Origin: Pocillopora damicornis | Taxonomy: Eukaryota | NCBI RefSeq assembly: GCF_003704095.1 | Contig: NW_020846189.1 | Coordinates: forward strand, 186,001-250,000 | Length of the DNA: 64,000 nt | Direction of reading: 5' to 3' | Shown here: positions 12,301 to 24,556 of the stretch, one piece after another | Position numbering within the stretch: position 1 is the first letter of the stretch | How the letters are laid out: the number at the start of each line of letters is the position of its first letter | The notes under the pieces: model-generated | The model's input: the letters and a program-made list of their open reading frames with translations, nothing else | What the model was told of the DNA's origin: nothing | Database searches by the model: none | Made by a program: the position numbers and the translations under genes

Positions 12301-13356
12301 TAACCTTGCAGGAGAGCTCGTGTGGTTTGGCTTGTTTTCGCGTTTGCAAAGACGTACTCACATATAATTCAAATTGATTATAATACAGCAAACTGTTTTC
12401 TCATTACAAACAATACTTTGTCTTGTTGCCTTATAGCTCAGCAAGAAGCAGAACGTGCCAGATTCTTGGTGGAGAAGGTAAGGGGGGGAATAGGGGCAAC
12501 TGAAACTAATACAAGTGAAACACAATGGCAGTCCAAGTGTGTAAGGTTTGAAAGACACGAGGGAGGGGAGGAAAGGGGGCTGCACCCCCCTTGATATTAG
12601 GAAAGAATTAATTTTCTAGGCAATTTTGTGCACCTCAATCTCAGAAATGTCTTATTTTGTCACCGAATTATGTTCCAAACAAGTTGCTTTGAGAAGGCTG
12701 GATTGAGAGAGAAAGTGATATCAAAGTGGTGGAGTTTGATTTTCAATTTTTGTCTCCAGCTCACATAGGAAAAAAGCCCGAGAAGGTCGTGCTTTGATAA
12801 GTTAGTTACTCTTCTGCATACAACATCGGCTGGGTGCACACACTGAAAGTGTGTGCGAGTGTTTGAACTTTCCTTCTCAGTCCAGCGGTGTCACAGAATC
12901 AATGAATTTAGTAATTTTTGTTAAAATTCACACTTATCTTTGAATTTTCGACACAAAAATTTGTTCTTTGTATGTTTACCAAAAGTAGTATTTGAATAGA
13001 GCGAGAAAGAGAACGATTATATTTTTTTCATTCAAGTTCGGCTCTGAATAGGTGCTGTGTGGAGAGGCGCGATCAAGGCAATGTGCTCTGTGATGTGCTT
13101 AACGTATTAACTGTAATCAACGTCCTTTTTTCAGGCGGAGCAACACAAGCAAGCCACAGTGATCCGGGCTGAGGGAGACGCTAAGGGAGCAGAGCTTTTA
13201 GCAGACGCGTTTAAAGAGGCTGGCGAAGGGCTTGTTGTGCTCAGGAAAATGGAAGCCGCTGAGGAAATCGCAGACAAGTTATCTCGTTCAAGAAATGTAG
13301 CGTACCTTCCTCATGGACAGAATATGTTGTTGAATCTGCCTGTCGGTCGTCAGTAA
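9322..13356 (+). CDS. PHB1: Prohibitin-1 (SPFH/band-7 mitochondrial inner membrane protein), 8 exons, 275 aa
   Basis: Exons 9322-9409, 10205-10366, 10478-10620, 11301-11342, 11756-11830, 12073-12127, 12437-12477, 13135-13356, all GT-AG and in phase (828 nt). Motifs [89 protein letters not shown] are PHB1-type. Confidence 0.97.
10646..10870. mobile_element. Degenerate MITE in PHB1 intron 3, related to the 42.5-kb element
   Basis: Shares ATGAGAATAAAGAAAA and the AGATTTTGGRAGTGA..GGG end with 42526-42736. Confidence 0.5.
12687..12897. repeat. Inverted-repeat (MITE-like) element in PHB1 intron 7
   Basis: Arm GCTGGATTGAGAGAGAAAGT (12697-12716) is an imperfect reverse complement of ACTTTCCTTCTCAGTCCAGC (12867-12886). 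Inner hairpin GCACACACT-GAA-AGTGTGTGC. Confidence 0.55.
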
Positions 13357-13830
13357 GGATATGATGTAGAAAAAGATTGAGACGAAAAACACGGCCATAG
13401 CTAAAACTTAAACAGTTAAGAATTGACACTTTTCGGATAACTTGTGTTTCGTCTTGAAATTCGAAGTTAAACTTTCAAGCTCAAAAAAAATCGCACCAAA
13501 AAGTGACGATGAAATTCAACAGATCCTAGCAATGATTTTCGTGGGTGAAACTATAATATTGAACTACCTATCTAGGTGTTTCGTTATCAGCTTCCACATG
13601 TTAGAAGTTGGATTTCAAAGGTTTTTCGGGGAACGAGTTTTTCCTGTAAGTTATCTGTCGGTGAGGTAAATATGTGAAATTGCACGATTTGTAATGAATC
13701 AACTGATCAAAAATATACACGCCTCTTTCAATTATTGCATGTTTCTTTTTGTTTTTGCTTCTGTGTTTTAATTATCTTGACCTCGTCTCTTTATGTTTCT
13801 CGGTAAGTTTTCATCGCGAGAAACCCCGCG

Positions 13831-13912
13831 TAGCCTACGTGCACCCTCCCCCCTAAGGGGTTCCCTCGCCTCCCTTTCAATTGTCGGGGAGGGTATGGCT
13901 ACTCATAGGCTG
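13831..13912. mobile_element. 82-bp mini-MITE with perfect 9-bp target-site duplication
   Basis: Ends TAGCCTA...TAGGCTG, flanked by AACCCCGCG at 13822-13830 and 13913-13921. Confidence 0.75.
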
Positions 13913-15794
13913 AACCCCGCGGAGCACTCTGACTTAGATCTCGTACTTGTTCTTTAGAGTAAAACACTCCTGCCATAACCCTAATCAAACCTAAAAAAAC
14001 CCTCTTAGGAGACAAAGAAATGGATGGACTTAGCATAGAACTGATCCATACGGTAAGGAACCAATGCTCAAAACTGAATCCCTGAAATGCTCAGAGCCCT
14101 TAATTTCATCGATTGATCGAGCTGTTCAGGTCCAGTGACAATACACGCTAATAAACCAAGAAAGTAAAACTGTTGGCGAACAAGAATACCGTATAGTGCA
14201 AACTTGAATAATTAGGACGATGAAATCAATGATAAAGACTTTCATCTACACGTATCGACCTGGTAAACAAACTTTGGTGATAAAAATTATCAGAACAACC
14301 TCGCTCCAAAAACTGAGAGAGGATTTATCTGGAAAAGAGTTCCGCGTAATGAAAATGGTGGAAGAAGCTCTTTATTCTTCTTTCTTGTTCGAGCAACTCT
14401 AAATGCATTAAGTGGTGTTGTATGTGAAAGCCGTCTCCGCTGTGAATGCTACACTGTTTACCGATTCAATAATTGTTTTGAAACCACACGAGGTATCTGT
14501 TGGATGTAAGGGACGTTTTGTTGAGTTGATTGTGATGTTGGCACCACAACTTGGGTTTCATTTTTCTGTAGAGATAAATTTTTGAGTCGTTGCGAGAAAA
14601 CGTGCACGACGCTAAAACTGAAGCATCAGCCCCTCAGCGCTAACGCTGACATTAAAAGTTAGCGTTTGTTCAAAGACATGTGGTGTTTTTTTCCTTTAAA
14701 ACGTTAATCGGTTTTTCTCGACGCCAGTTTGTCAAAATGATCCTAATCAGTGTTAGGTCCATTGGTGTCGACACGGTCAGCAATGGCCGACGAGTTGTCA
14801 TTTTTAGCGAGGGCCTTGAATTGCTCAGTCAATCTGTCATGCAGTCCTTGCTTTGTTCTACCGATCTAAAAAAAGGATTTCAGCCCTTCATGACAAAGGA
14901 CAAATAAAGGAATTAAAAAGCATCTCTGTGTCGCCGGGAGAGAAAAGTTCGCGAAACCATGGAGACCAGGTTTCCCTGAAAAATAAAGAAGCACGTTACA
15001 TGTTTCGGGTAAACGACAATAACCCATGAGACTAAACGGAGTTCATTAAAAATGAAATAAGCTGAAGCTGAACGCATAACGAGATTGTCATGGCTTATAT
15101 TATTCAAAATTTGACGACTTAACCTGGAATCTTACTCGTTATTAGCCGCCGAAACGTTATTTGTTAATCCCATTAAGCTGACCTTATAACTGACACAGGT
15201 TGTGTGAAAAAGAAGACACCTCTATCATCAGCTGGATGTATATTTAGATACCCCTTGTTTATAAATAGCACCTTTTGGTGGTAAACAACTCTCTTAACTC
15301 CGTTTAGTTTAGAGACCAGTGTGTTGCTATCTTTAGCAAGTTCTGTACATCATCAATTAAGTTATTTTTCAGAGTAAACACTTCGTCTTAATTAAGCATG
15401 ATTTTCACCAGGGATAAATTCGCGTCTTGCTGAAATGCCATGGCGATGGTGCCATTGATGTTTTGTGTCTTCTCTCGCGGGGGAGGGACGGGTTTGTCTC
15501 AAGTGAAGTGACTAAGATGATTGCCGAGTCCTTCAAGATTTAATTGTTAGCAACATTTCAGTTGTTCTTGTTGTCCTGTTATAAAGCTTGAACTTATTGC
15601 CAAAGCCATTATAAACAATACGCGATTTTTATAGGCCAATCTTTTCCGCAATCCTAGCTATGGCAGTAACACGATGATGGCATTGGGTCCTGGCCTCGTT
15701 TAATAGCTAGAGATCGATAGTTAGTATCGCTATGGTAAAGGACTGTGTCGTAGCAAACTTGCGAAAACAGCTATGAAAAGACTTTTTATGGGCC

Positions 15795-16006
15795 TTAACC
15801 CTTGAACTCCCAACATCTCTTTAGTTTTTCTTCCTACCGTCCCCTAACAATTCTTATGATTTTAGTTTGGAGAATTCGGTACTGGATCAACTAATAATCC
15901 ACTAATTAATATTTTTCTTTATTCTCGTAACTTATCTTGTTGGAATTGTATTGATATTGTAAGCAGAAGTTCTGTCTTGGTCACTTATGGATGTTAGAGG
16001 GTTTAA
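15795..16006 (+). mobile_element. piggyBac-like MITE (TTAA/CCC ends), degenerate copy
   Basis: TTAACCCTTGAACTCCC...GTTAGAGGGTTTAA; the body is the reverse-complement homolog of 42526-42736. Confidence 0.75.
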
Positions 16007-17501
16007 AATAAGATCTCAAAAATTGAACGACTTTTTGAAACCTGTGTAAGAACAAAAGTAAGAAAGAGGGCGTTGTCCTAGACACGAATTCGAAGGGAAA
16101 ATCGCGTCTAGCGTTTTAACAAAGCACTCGCCGCGAACTGTTTACAGATGACACGGAATTTGTCATAATTGCCTTCTAATTTAAGGCTCGTTCAAGTGTT
16201 CTGCTTAAGTTGCTTGTAAACCAAGACGTACTACACGTCTAAAACGTTTACGCACTTTCAACACGTGAAAAAATTCACTGCAAAAATGATATACGATTTT
16301 GTTTTTATTTATTTATTTTCTGCTTTTTTTTCTTTCTCGGAGAAATTAGCTAGACAGCTACTCTTGTAAATCTGACGTGAAATAAAGGTGATGTGTAATG
16401 TGTGATGTGTGGTGTGTGATGTGCAAGGGTTAAGTCTGTTCAAAGGTACATAATGAGTTAGGTTACAACTTCAAACAGCGTTTAGGATGTCTTACAATTA
16501 CTGTTTAACTCAGTTTTGCGAGACCTTGGTGAATCTTTCCTCAAAAAATAAACAAAACTGCATCAAAGAAGACAGAACTACTTCTTTAAAAAATGCACTT
16601 CACAATCACGAATGCCAGAAGCAGCAAAATCTGGCAGATAACACGTTGCTCAGTGGTAAAAGTGATTTTCCATGAGAGGCATGAACCACAGAGATTTCAA
16701 TGTGGACGCATAAAAAAGATTATTCTTAATCCATCAGTCTAAAGAATCTACAAAGTAACAACTCATCTGATAACTTTCACAGTTCTTATAATTTTCGTTC
16801 GTCGAAGATTGCTTTTAAGACTGCTAACGTCATCACGAAATACAGAACCACGCTTATGTGACGTCATCCACAGTTTAGAGTCAAATTCGACATCAAGTTA
16901 AAGTCAAAATATTAAGTTATCACTTTGGATTGACATAAATAAAGAAATTTTCAAGATACACCACGAATAGGTACTTTATCGGTTATATTAAGTGCGCAAA
17001 AGCCATGATTGGCCGCCTGGAGCCAAAGTGTTTCGCCCTCACCCATAGTACAACAATAACAGCAAGCAAACTGCGGTTCATCATTACCTTTTTATCGAGA
17101 TTTTTTTAACATTCTCCGCCATCATTTCTTATTTAATGCATTCCGAGAAAGCCCAAAATATGTCCTAATTCATTTAACGGAGGATTTATAACCAACAGAG
17201 AGATTTCAGGACCAGATATGTCTTCAGCGTAACAGTTCATTGGACCGGATTACCCCCGTCTTCAATTCGACAGGTTATCGCTTTTGCAACCGTTAAATTT
17301 CATCCAAAGATCAACCGTTCAAACACCTGTTAAGCACCACAGGTTGACGACTTTAACACTTAAAAAAACTCTTCCTCTCGAAAGTAAGTCCCTCAAAAAA
17401 TAATAGCCAAAATAGCCAAAGAATCATTGCAAAATTATTTTCAGGGAAAAAATTTTAAGTGGAAGGCTCCAGGCGAAAAGAGTGCGGGAGTTCTTGTCAA
17501 C

Positions 17502-19447
17502 ATGTTAATGTTCATATTATTGACTCTGCACTTGGCTACTGAGGTAAATATTGTATTTAATCAATTTTAGCGTGAGCCTTATTTAAAGCCTTTTGCTTAT
17601 AAATGTTAATGAGTTTCTTATTTTTTTCCCCATTTGGCGAAAAGAGTTTTTCTGCAGCTCATCAAAAGAGGCGAGGAAAATCTATTTCCCGTAAGTTGGA
17701 TGATTTGACTATACATTTAGATCAAGGCTACTTTGGTTAATTTTATATGAAATATTCGGAATTTAGGGTTTAGGCTTAAAATTATTTGTTTTGGAAAGAA
17801 CGTAAAATATCTGTATAAAAACAAGCAAAAGTCTTCAACTTCTACTCGAATGATAACAAGCTCGTTTTAAAAAATAACAGCTGGCGGAATAAATAATTCA
17901 TCTACACAATGGATATTAGGAAAATCAAGTTAGATGTATACGTTAAGATATTTCAAAATGACTTACCTGCAGTGTGAAAAATTAGCACAGGATTTAAATT
18001 GTTCTGCCTCCTAAGAAATAATACCTAGCCTCATCGAGATACCGCTTTTCCACTTGTTTAATGTAATTTCAAACTGCTTTTTTCAAGCTGATGGTCTTCG
18101 TTTCAGTTGCTAGGATATAAGCTCTTAGCTGCCAGTATCATACCACACCCGCTAAAGAGCCCAATTCCCGCTAAAATCTCTAGAGGAAATGAATACTTAC
18201 TGAGTGCGTGCATTCAAAATCAATTACTCTTGGTAAAAACTGAAGTAAAAACCGTACTAAATGTAGAAAAGCGATCTCAAAAATGTTGGAGTTTTTCGTT
18301 CTAACTGCTCTAATTTTCGTATTCTATAGTCAACCAACACGGACCTCGCCGCAGTGGTATTCTTGAAATGGTGCTGGCCATTCCCACATCGACCACACCC
18401 ACTAATTATGTTTTCATGCATCAAAACTCGACCGTGCCCTCTACAAAAGATAAAGGCCGAAAATTCGACGCTGTCAACAAAGCACCCTCCAAAACAAATT
18501 TGTACTCTGTAGTAAACGAGAAAAAAGTGACCAACGGTGTGTCTGTTGTTAAAAATGCCACAAACGGAATGAAAAACTTGACGACATATTCATTTGCGCA
18601 ACCGAACAGTTTTCCACAGCCAACTAGTATTCCACCAATCGATACAATGTCGGAAGCATGGCCAAATCCAATGGGATCGATCGATAACGAAATGGAGGAC
18701 ATCGGAAGTCCAACTTCAATGCAACCGATTGCGAACGAGATGAACGATGAAGAAAAAATACCTGGTATAGCTGATATTTCCGACATGGAGCGTATTCCGT
18801 TAGACTTTCAAGAAGAGGAGCCATGGGAAAGGAGTCAAGCTACTGCCAGTCACGTGACTCACAGTCACACCACGCACGGTCTTGATGGTTCTGGTGTTGG
18901 CCATGCTGCGCGTAGGCATGTTGTTCCTGCTCCGCGTAGACGCAGGATGAAGTTAGATGTTAAGGACTGGAATAAAGTGACTGGTGCATATGTGAGAAGG
19001 AGGGAGTATCATACTCAGAGAGGTCAGCTGAGAATCTGGAGTACTACGCCTAAAGCTGGTCGGTTGGGAAGGAAAGGCAAGTTAAAGTTCGAGAATGAAA
19101 TTCCCCCAATCCACAAGGTTAGAAAATTCACGATGAACAAAACCTGTCCTCCCTGTTCGTTTGTGAAAACGAGGAAGTCGAAAAAGAAAATGTCAATTCC
19201 ACCTCCCAAACCTATCGATCCAATCCAGCCATTGCTTGAAAAATTTGAAAAAGAGAAAGAAGTCAGTGATATTAAAGAACACACAGTGGACATTGAAAAA
19301 GTTCAACCGAATGAAGCAATTGATAAACATCTGAAAACTTTGGAAAATCAGCCAGACATCACATCAATTTCTGAACATCTTTCAAAGGAACAAATTCAAG
19401 ATATCGTGCCGATAGAAAATCATCAACTAGAACTCAAAACAAACTAA
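17502..19447 (+). CDS. Uncharacterised, probably secreted precursor-like protein (418 aa, or 429 aa with optional micro-exon)
   Basis: Long ORF 18368-19447 preceded by acceptor ttctatag|18330 (phase 1). In-phase upstream exons: 17502-17543 (MLMFILLTLHLATE|gtaaat), optional 17658-17690 (LIKRGEENLFP|gtaagt), 18107-18203 (LLGYKLLAASIIPHP...EYLL, A|gtgcgt). Hydrophobic N-terminus, many di- and polybasic sites, no recognisable domain. The last exon is well supported; the upstream exons are inferred. Confidence 0.7.
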
Positions 19448-20369
19448 GGAATTTTTTTTGGATTGAAAGTTGGAGGAAAAGAACCTCCTCTTGTGTCTGC
19501 ACAAAAACACTCGATTCTTTGAAAAACCGTCAAAAACCAGGGGCGTTGTAAATGATTTACAAATACTGGTTTATGAAAAAATTTTAATCGGCTTAACATT
19601 GTAAAGGAATGACAGGAACGGTTTCAAGGCATAGTGCAGTTTTTCAGGCCTCTGACTATTTCACACCCCGTCAAAGTGCAAATTATCAGTGGCTTCTTCT
19701 GACGTTACTTTTCAAACAGCTTCCGCATGCGTGGACCATAAGTGAGACGTGAATGGTAGCCAGGAATAGAGTGTTTTTTCCCCCGGCGCTTGTCGCGAAC
19801 GTTTCATCGGTAACGTTAAGTAGCGAAAGGACACACGTGGCCTTGTGACTGATTATCCTAGATGAGCCAAATTAGCGAACATGAAAGCCAGTGTTTTTGT
19901 CAACTGCAGCTTGCTTCTCAAAACTCGTCCGAATCACTGGAATCGGATTGCCGTTATCTACTAGTATGGATTTGTCTACCTATGCACCATAACTCAAGCA
20001 AATCTGTGTAATTACTCATCTCCTTACAGTTCCAGTTTGATGAAGAATTCACCGAAAAAACTTGAAGATTGGTTCTTGTTCCCACTAATACAGTCATTGT
20101 TCAAGTTTCTCTTTCCTTCAACTTTGATACTCACTTTACTACTCACGATACTCACGCCTATAGGGATTTCTAAACGGTAGCTTTGGGCATACGTAAACGA
20201 TTACATGTAAGGTGGCGTAGTTGCGCAGGAATTTTGCAAAAGATAGATAAAATTTCAAGCGTAATGCGCGTGTTCTCTACCCTGATGATGGTCGTTCCTA
20301 TGTGACCACACAATGAAAGCAAAAGTCCACTTGGGAAACTGGATTTCTTTCTTTGAATGATAACATGAA

Positions 20370-23300
20370 CTATACTTCTATTCTGTCGATGATAGAATCC
20401 AATAGCTGCATCACATCCTTGTCCAGGCTGTCATCGACTCTGGGTTTTTCCGCTTCTGTTTGCGCCAGGGCCATGTTGTTATTATTGTTTGAATCATTGT
20501 CGTCCTGTGTTTTTCCACCAAGTGTTTTCGAAGTTGTCTCCATGCCAGAATGGCTTGCTGTAATAACAAAAAGTGACAAATTTTATACAAGTGTTTCTGT
20601 GAATATCTAAGTATGGAAAAAGACACTCAGAAATAAGCTTTTGATGTGCATTATCGTTTAAAGAGGTCGAAGACTTCTAGGTAACCAAGTGGTCAGTGGG
20701 TGAGTGCCAGTATTTCCATCGTAATCCTCCAGAATTAGCTTCGCTTATGTTTTTTTTTAAAGGAGTCATGTTTTATGAGACCAAATTGAGTCTTTAAAAT
20801 CATGGAGTCTGACAATAAAAGATCGCGTTCTCCAGAATGGCTCCTTTTTTAGGTTTCAGGTAGTTTTACAGACAATATCTGTGCTATTTTTTAGTATTAA
20901 GGTTTTTCCCATCTATAAATTCAAACTCATGCTACCTTCCTTCCTGTTCTTGTCAGCCACACCAAAGGGAAGATTTACGTGTGGTAAAGACAACCTACTG
21001 CTACAAACAGTTAAGTCTATACTCGTCGCTCGTCGTGAGAGATTAGCTTCTGGGCAGAATCGCCGAGATACGCCTGTATGGTGAACAAGATTGAAAACAG
21101 CTTAATTTATACATTGAATTACAAGGAAGGAATTGAGTTCTTAGCTTTATTTGTTGATTAGGGTCGTGCACTATGGCAAATAAAAAGTGTAATTCATAGT
21201 TTTTAGACATATTTTATCTTTTTCATGTTGTCCAGTTGCTGTTCAGAGATGACGAATCACGTCATCATTTTGTAAGAGAGATGAGGTATCTGTCACACAA
21301 GCCACAGATGGACAGTACTAGTGTCCGCGCCGAATTTGACGTCACAAGTGCTGTGGTGCAAGGGAAAGCAGGTGTAGAATTAGTTTTGGAGTTTACCACA
21401 TGAAATACACGGGGAGCAAGAACTTACTTAGGGTTCTCCTGCTGGGGCGTTTGCCTCCACACACACTCAGCGCCATTTTGAACACAAATAAGTAACCTCG
21501 TCTGTATCGCTGGCTCATCCAACCGTACAGCGGAGGATTGACGACAGCATGAAGTAGAGAAATAACACTTGTAAACACCACAACTTTGGTCACCGGCTCT
21601 CGGTCAACAATCAGACAATAAAGGTTGTATAGCTGTGAAGGATAAAAGATTGAATCAGGTTAGTTTGTTGATGCACATGCAACAGTTAGTCAAAACAGTG
21701 GTCAATACACCTTGAATTAAAGAAACTTGAGCGAGTTTATGTCAACGGTGGCACGTGACCTAGTAGGAAAATTCTGTTTTTTAATTTGATCAGTAAAACT
21801 GAGTACGAGTCCTCAGTTTTTTAATCTAATTAATTACAAAAGTCAGACTATGATCAGATTGGGTTTTTGATATTGGTTCGTGATTCTCTCAGTTATCAGA
21901 TATGAACATGAAAAGTTTTACTCGAGGTTGTGTTTTTTTTAATTTCTGCGCCAATGAACAAGAAAGATCGCAGAATAGTGGACAAATTTTATATGATGAC
22001 ATAGACTTAAGAGTCCCTTTCTTCAAAACGAAGATCGCAAATATGTGACGTAACTTTCTCTTTGTGAGACCTTCATTCGGTATTGTCCGAATGAAGGCGT
22101 TCGATTATTAAAGCACAGACACCTTATCATCTTCTGCATAATTTAAACAGACCTTTATGTCGCATTTTGACATATTTTCACATGTAAATTCAGAAAGCAG
22201 GCATTCTTTCAATACCAGATTTGGCGATCAAGCATAACCGCGAGTTACAGGTTTACGTACATTTACATTTACATTTATCATCTTACAACATCTATAACAC
22301 ACATACTCGCAAGCTCCTAACTAATAACTAAAGCGCTACAACTAGGAAATATAAAAATAGGAAAAAAAAACAACAACAACAAAAAAACTAACTAATATAT
22401 GTACCATGATGTAGATTTCGCATGTTCGTTACATAACTTGACCAACCCAAGAGAGCGAATTCTTAAAAATACGAGTCTCTCTCCAGTCTTATCAAAGTTA
22501 AGTGAACTAAAAGGGATAGAACCCTGTCTAACATAACAAACCGTGCCACAAAATACGAAGCAGGCCCACAGATTCCTTTGGCAAAGACAAACGTTAATCG
22601 CTATGTCACGAGCGTGGAAGAAAGCAATTTTACCGGCTCCTAATTGCTATGGTACTCTTTTAAAAGTCAATCTTTACCCTCATTGAAATCGCGCTTTGAA
22701 ATAAATCTCTCACTCACCTAGCCTGGGCGGCCTGTGGCTTATCTTAAATCAACGGTTCCTGTGCTAAGCACAACCACAATTAAAAATGCATTACGTAGAA
22801 GGATCGATAATTGAACAGATTGTTTTGTTTTGACCTGTCGACGGGCAGACAAAGAGTCCACTAGGTTACCTTTGTTAAGCCGCTTAGATGACAATATTTA
22901 TACTGCTTCTACGCAACCCATATTGAAAAACATTCGACGGATGAGTTCTTGTTCCTCGATTAAACTGAATTTGATTAACTTAAAGATGTTTCAGCCGCAA
23001 TCAATATACAGTATACATTACTTTAGGAAGCCGTAATTTGGGAGTTATCAGACTTTCGAATGCAGTCATCTTTACGAGATGGATCTTTTGTATACTTATA
23101 CGTCTGATCGTACAGTCGCCTGCTTTAACTGTGACATTGACTGACTCTTTAACTTTTATATTAACACGGCGTCGGTGTTAGTAAGCGGTCGTTCGATTAT
23201 AAACCGAATTACTGACGATGTATTCACACTCAGAATCACCACTTAAGATACAAGTAATCATACGAAACGGAAAGATTATCTTTGTATTTTGAGGAAGCAA

Positions 23301-24556
23301 GTCTGCTTGTTAGGACTAGAACTATTTGTAACATCTGAAGGTTAATTGACATCTTTCTCAGTTCACATCCCAAATTGATGGCTGAGAGACGTGCGCGGAG
23401 ACATCAAAAGCACACAAATGATTTTGGTAAGTTCAATTTGGCGAATAGCAACCGGCGATTGTGACTAAGAACTCAACAAAAGATTCAACATTAACCAAAG
23501 AACTTGTGTTTTCTTGTTTTTACACCTGCTTACACAACTTTGGCATAAAGAAAGCCTTATTAAATCGGTTTTCAATGTCATTATTTATCACATTTCAAAT
23601 GACTTGTTCACAGAAGTACGATTAATTTTATTATTTTTTCCTCAAACATTACTCACCAGGAAAGGTAACCAGCTAATGTAATAAACAACTACCACTATCG
23701 TCATCATCTTCGTCAGCTTTCTGATATTTCTCACACCGCTTGTTGTTCCTAGCGACTGTAGTTTATCTTTGCAATTTTGAGTGCCATGAGGTTCATTTTC
23801 ACCGCCTCCCGACATAACAGTTTGTCGCTGAATAAACATTTTTCCTGAGAGTTTGATCGTAAAATAAGAAACCAACACCGCTATCAATTGTATTGCACCA
23901 AGCACCTCTATGTAAATGGCATATGCTTTACCCAAATTGTAGATCTGCGAAAAACACTCTCCATTTCGAAATCCTGAATGTCCGACGCCAATGAAGGGTA
24001 AAATAGCGGAAAATATGGAAAAGAGCCAAACTCCAAGCACAAATTTCTTCATGCGTGAAACTGTTATGAGAGTATGATGTCTAAAGGGCTTTACTAATAA
24101 CATAGCGCGTTCTAAGGCCATTACCGTGACTGTGGTTGCCGCAGCAAGTCGAAATGTATATACCAAACCTATAAACAAATTGCACAAGGTTTCTGTCATG
24201 TGTCGTCTCATGTAGTATTTCACAGTCGTTAAAAGCTGAAGTGCGGCAATCGAATCCAAGATATCTGCTAAGGACAGTGAAAATAACAAAACGTCTGCAG
24301 GTGTCCAATTTCGGTAACACGCAAGTGCTGTAAGGACTAACACGTTTCCAAACACTACCAGAACAATGGCAGACTGGAAAATTAATCCAAAGAAAAAAGG
24401 GTTGAGATTCTCTTGTGTTTCTGGAGATGTTGTGGTGCTGTTCGTGTTGTTCCTAAGAAATCCGGTGATGTTTTCACTTGTGTAAGCAGCTGATGTAGAA
24501 GTCGTAGGATCGGGCCATGGCGATAAAGTCGGGTTGTTCCACAAGGACGTGTTCAT
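20370..24556 (-). CDS. Class A (rhodopsin-like) orphan GPCR, prostanoid-receptor-like; paralog A, ~476 aa, 4 exons
   Basis: Exons 24556-23657 (TM1-6: GN, LSLAD, ERA, SWLP|gtgagt), 21632-21428 (TM7 NPPLY, helix 8), 21073-20936, 20557-20370, all in phase. N-terminus rich in N-x-S/T sequons. An alternative in-frame ATG exists at 24685, but 24556 has aaaATG context and a candidate acceptor lies between them. Confidence 0.88.

Noticed and set aside
12760-12897. Intronic H/ACA snoRNA or scaRNA in PHB1 (ATACAA H-box, hairpin, ACA)
   Set aside because: The 3' arm pairs better with 12697-12716 as a terminal inverted repeat, and no convincing pseudouridylation pocket or C/D boxes were found. An Rfam scan would settle it.
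13975-14003. Telomeric repeat or telomerase RNA template
   Set aside because: Only one TAACCCTAA plus degenerate units and no supporting structure.
18421-19293. Antisense ORFs (121, 66 and 89 aa) over the orphan gene
   Set aside because: Shadows of the plus-strand coding exon with no independent splice or homology support.
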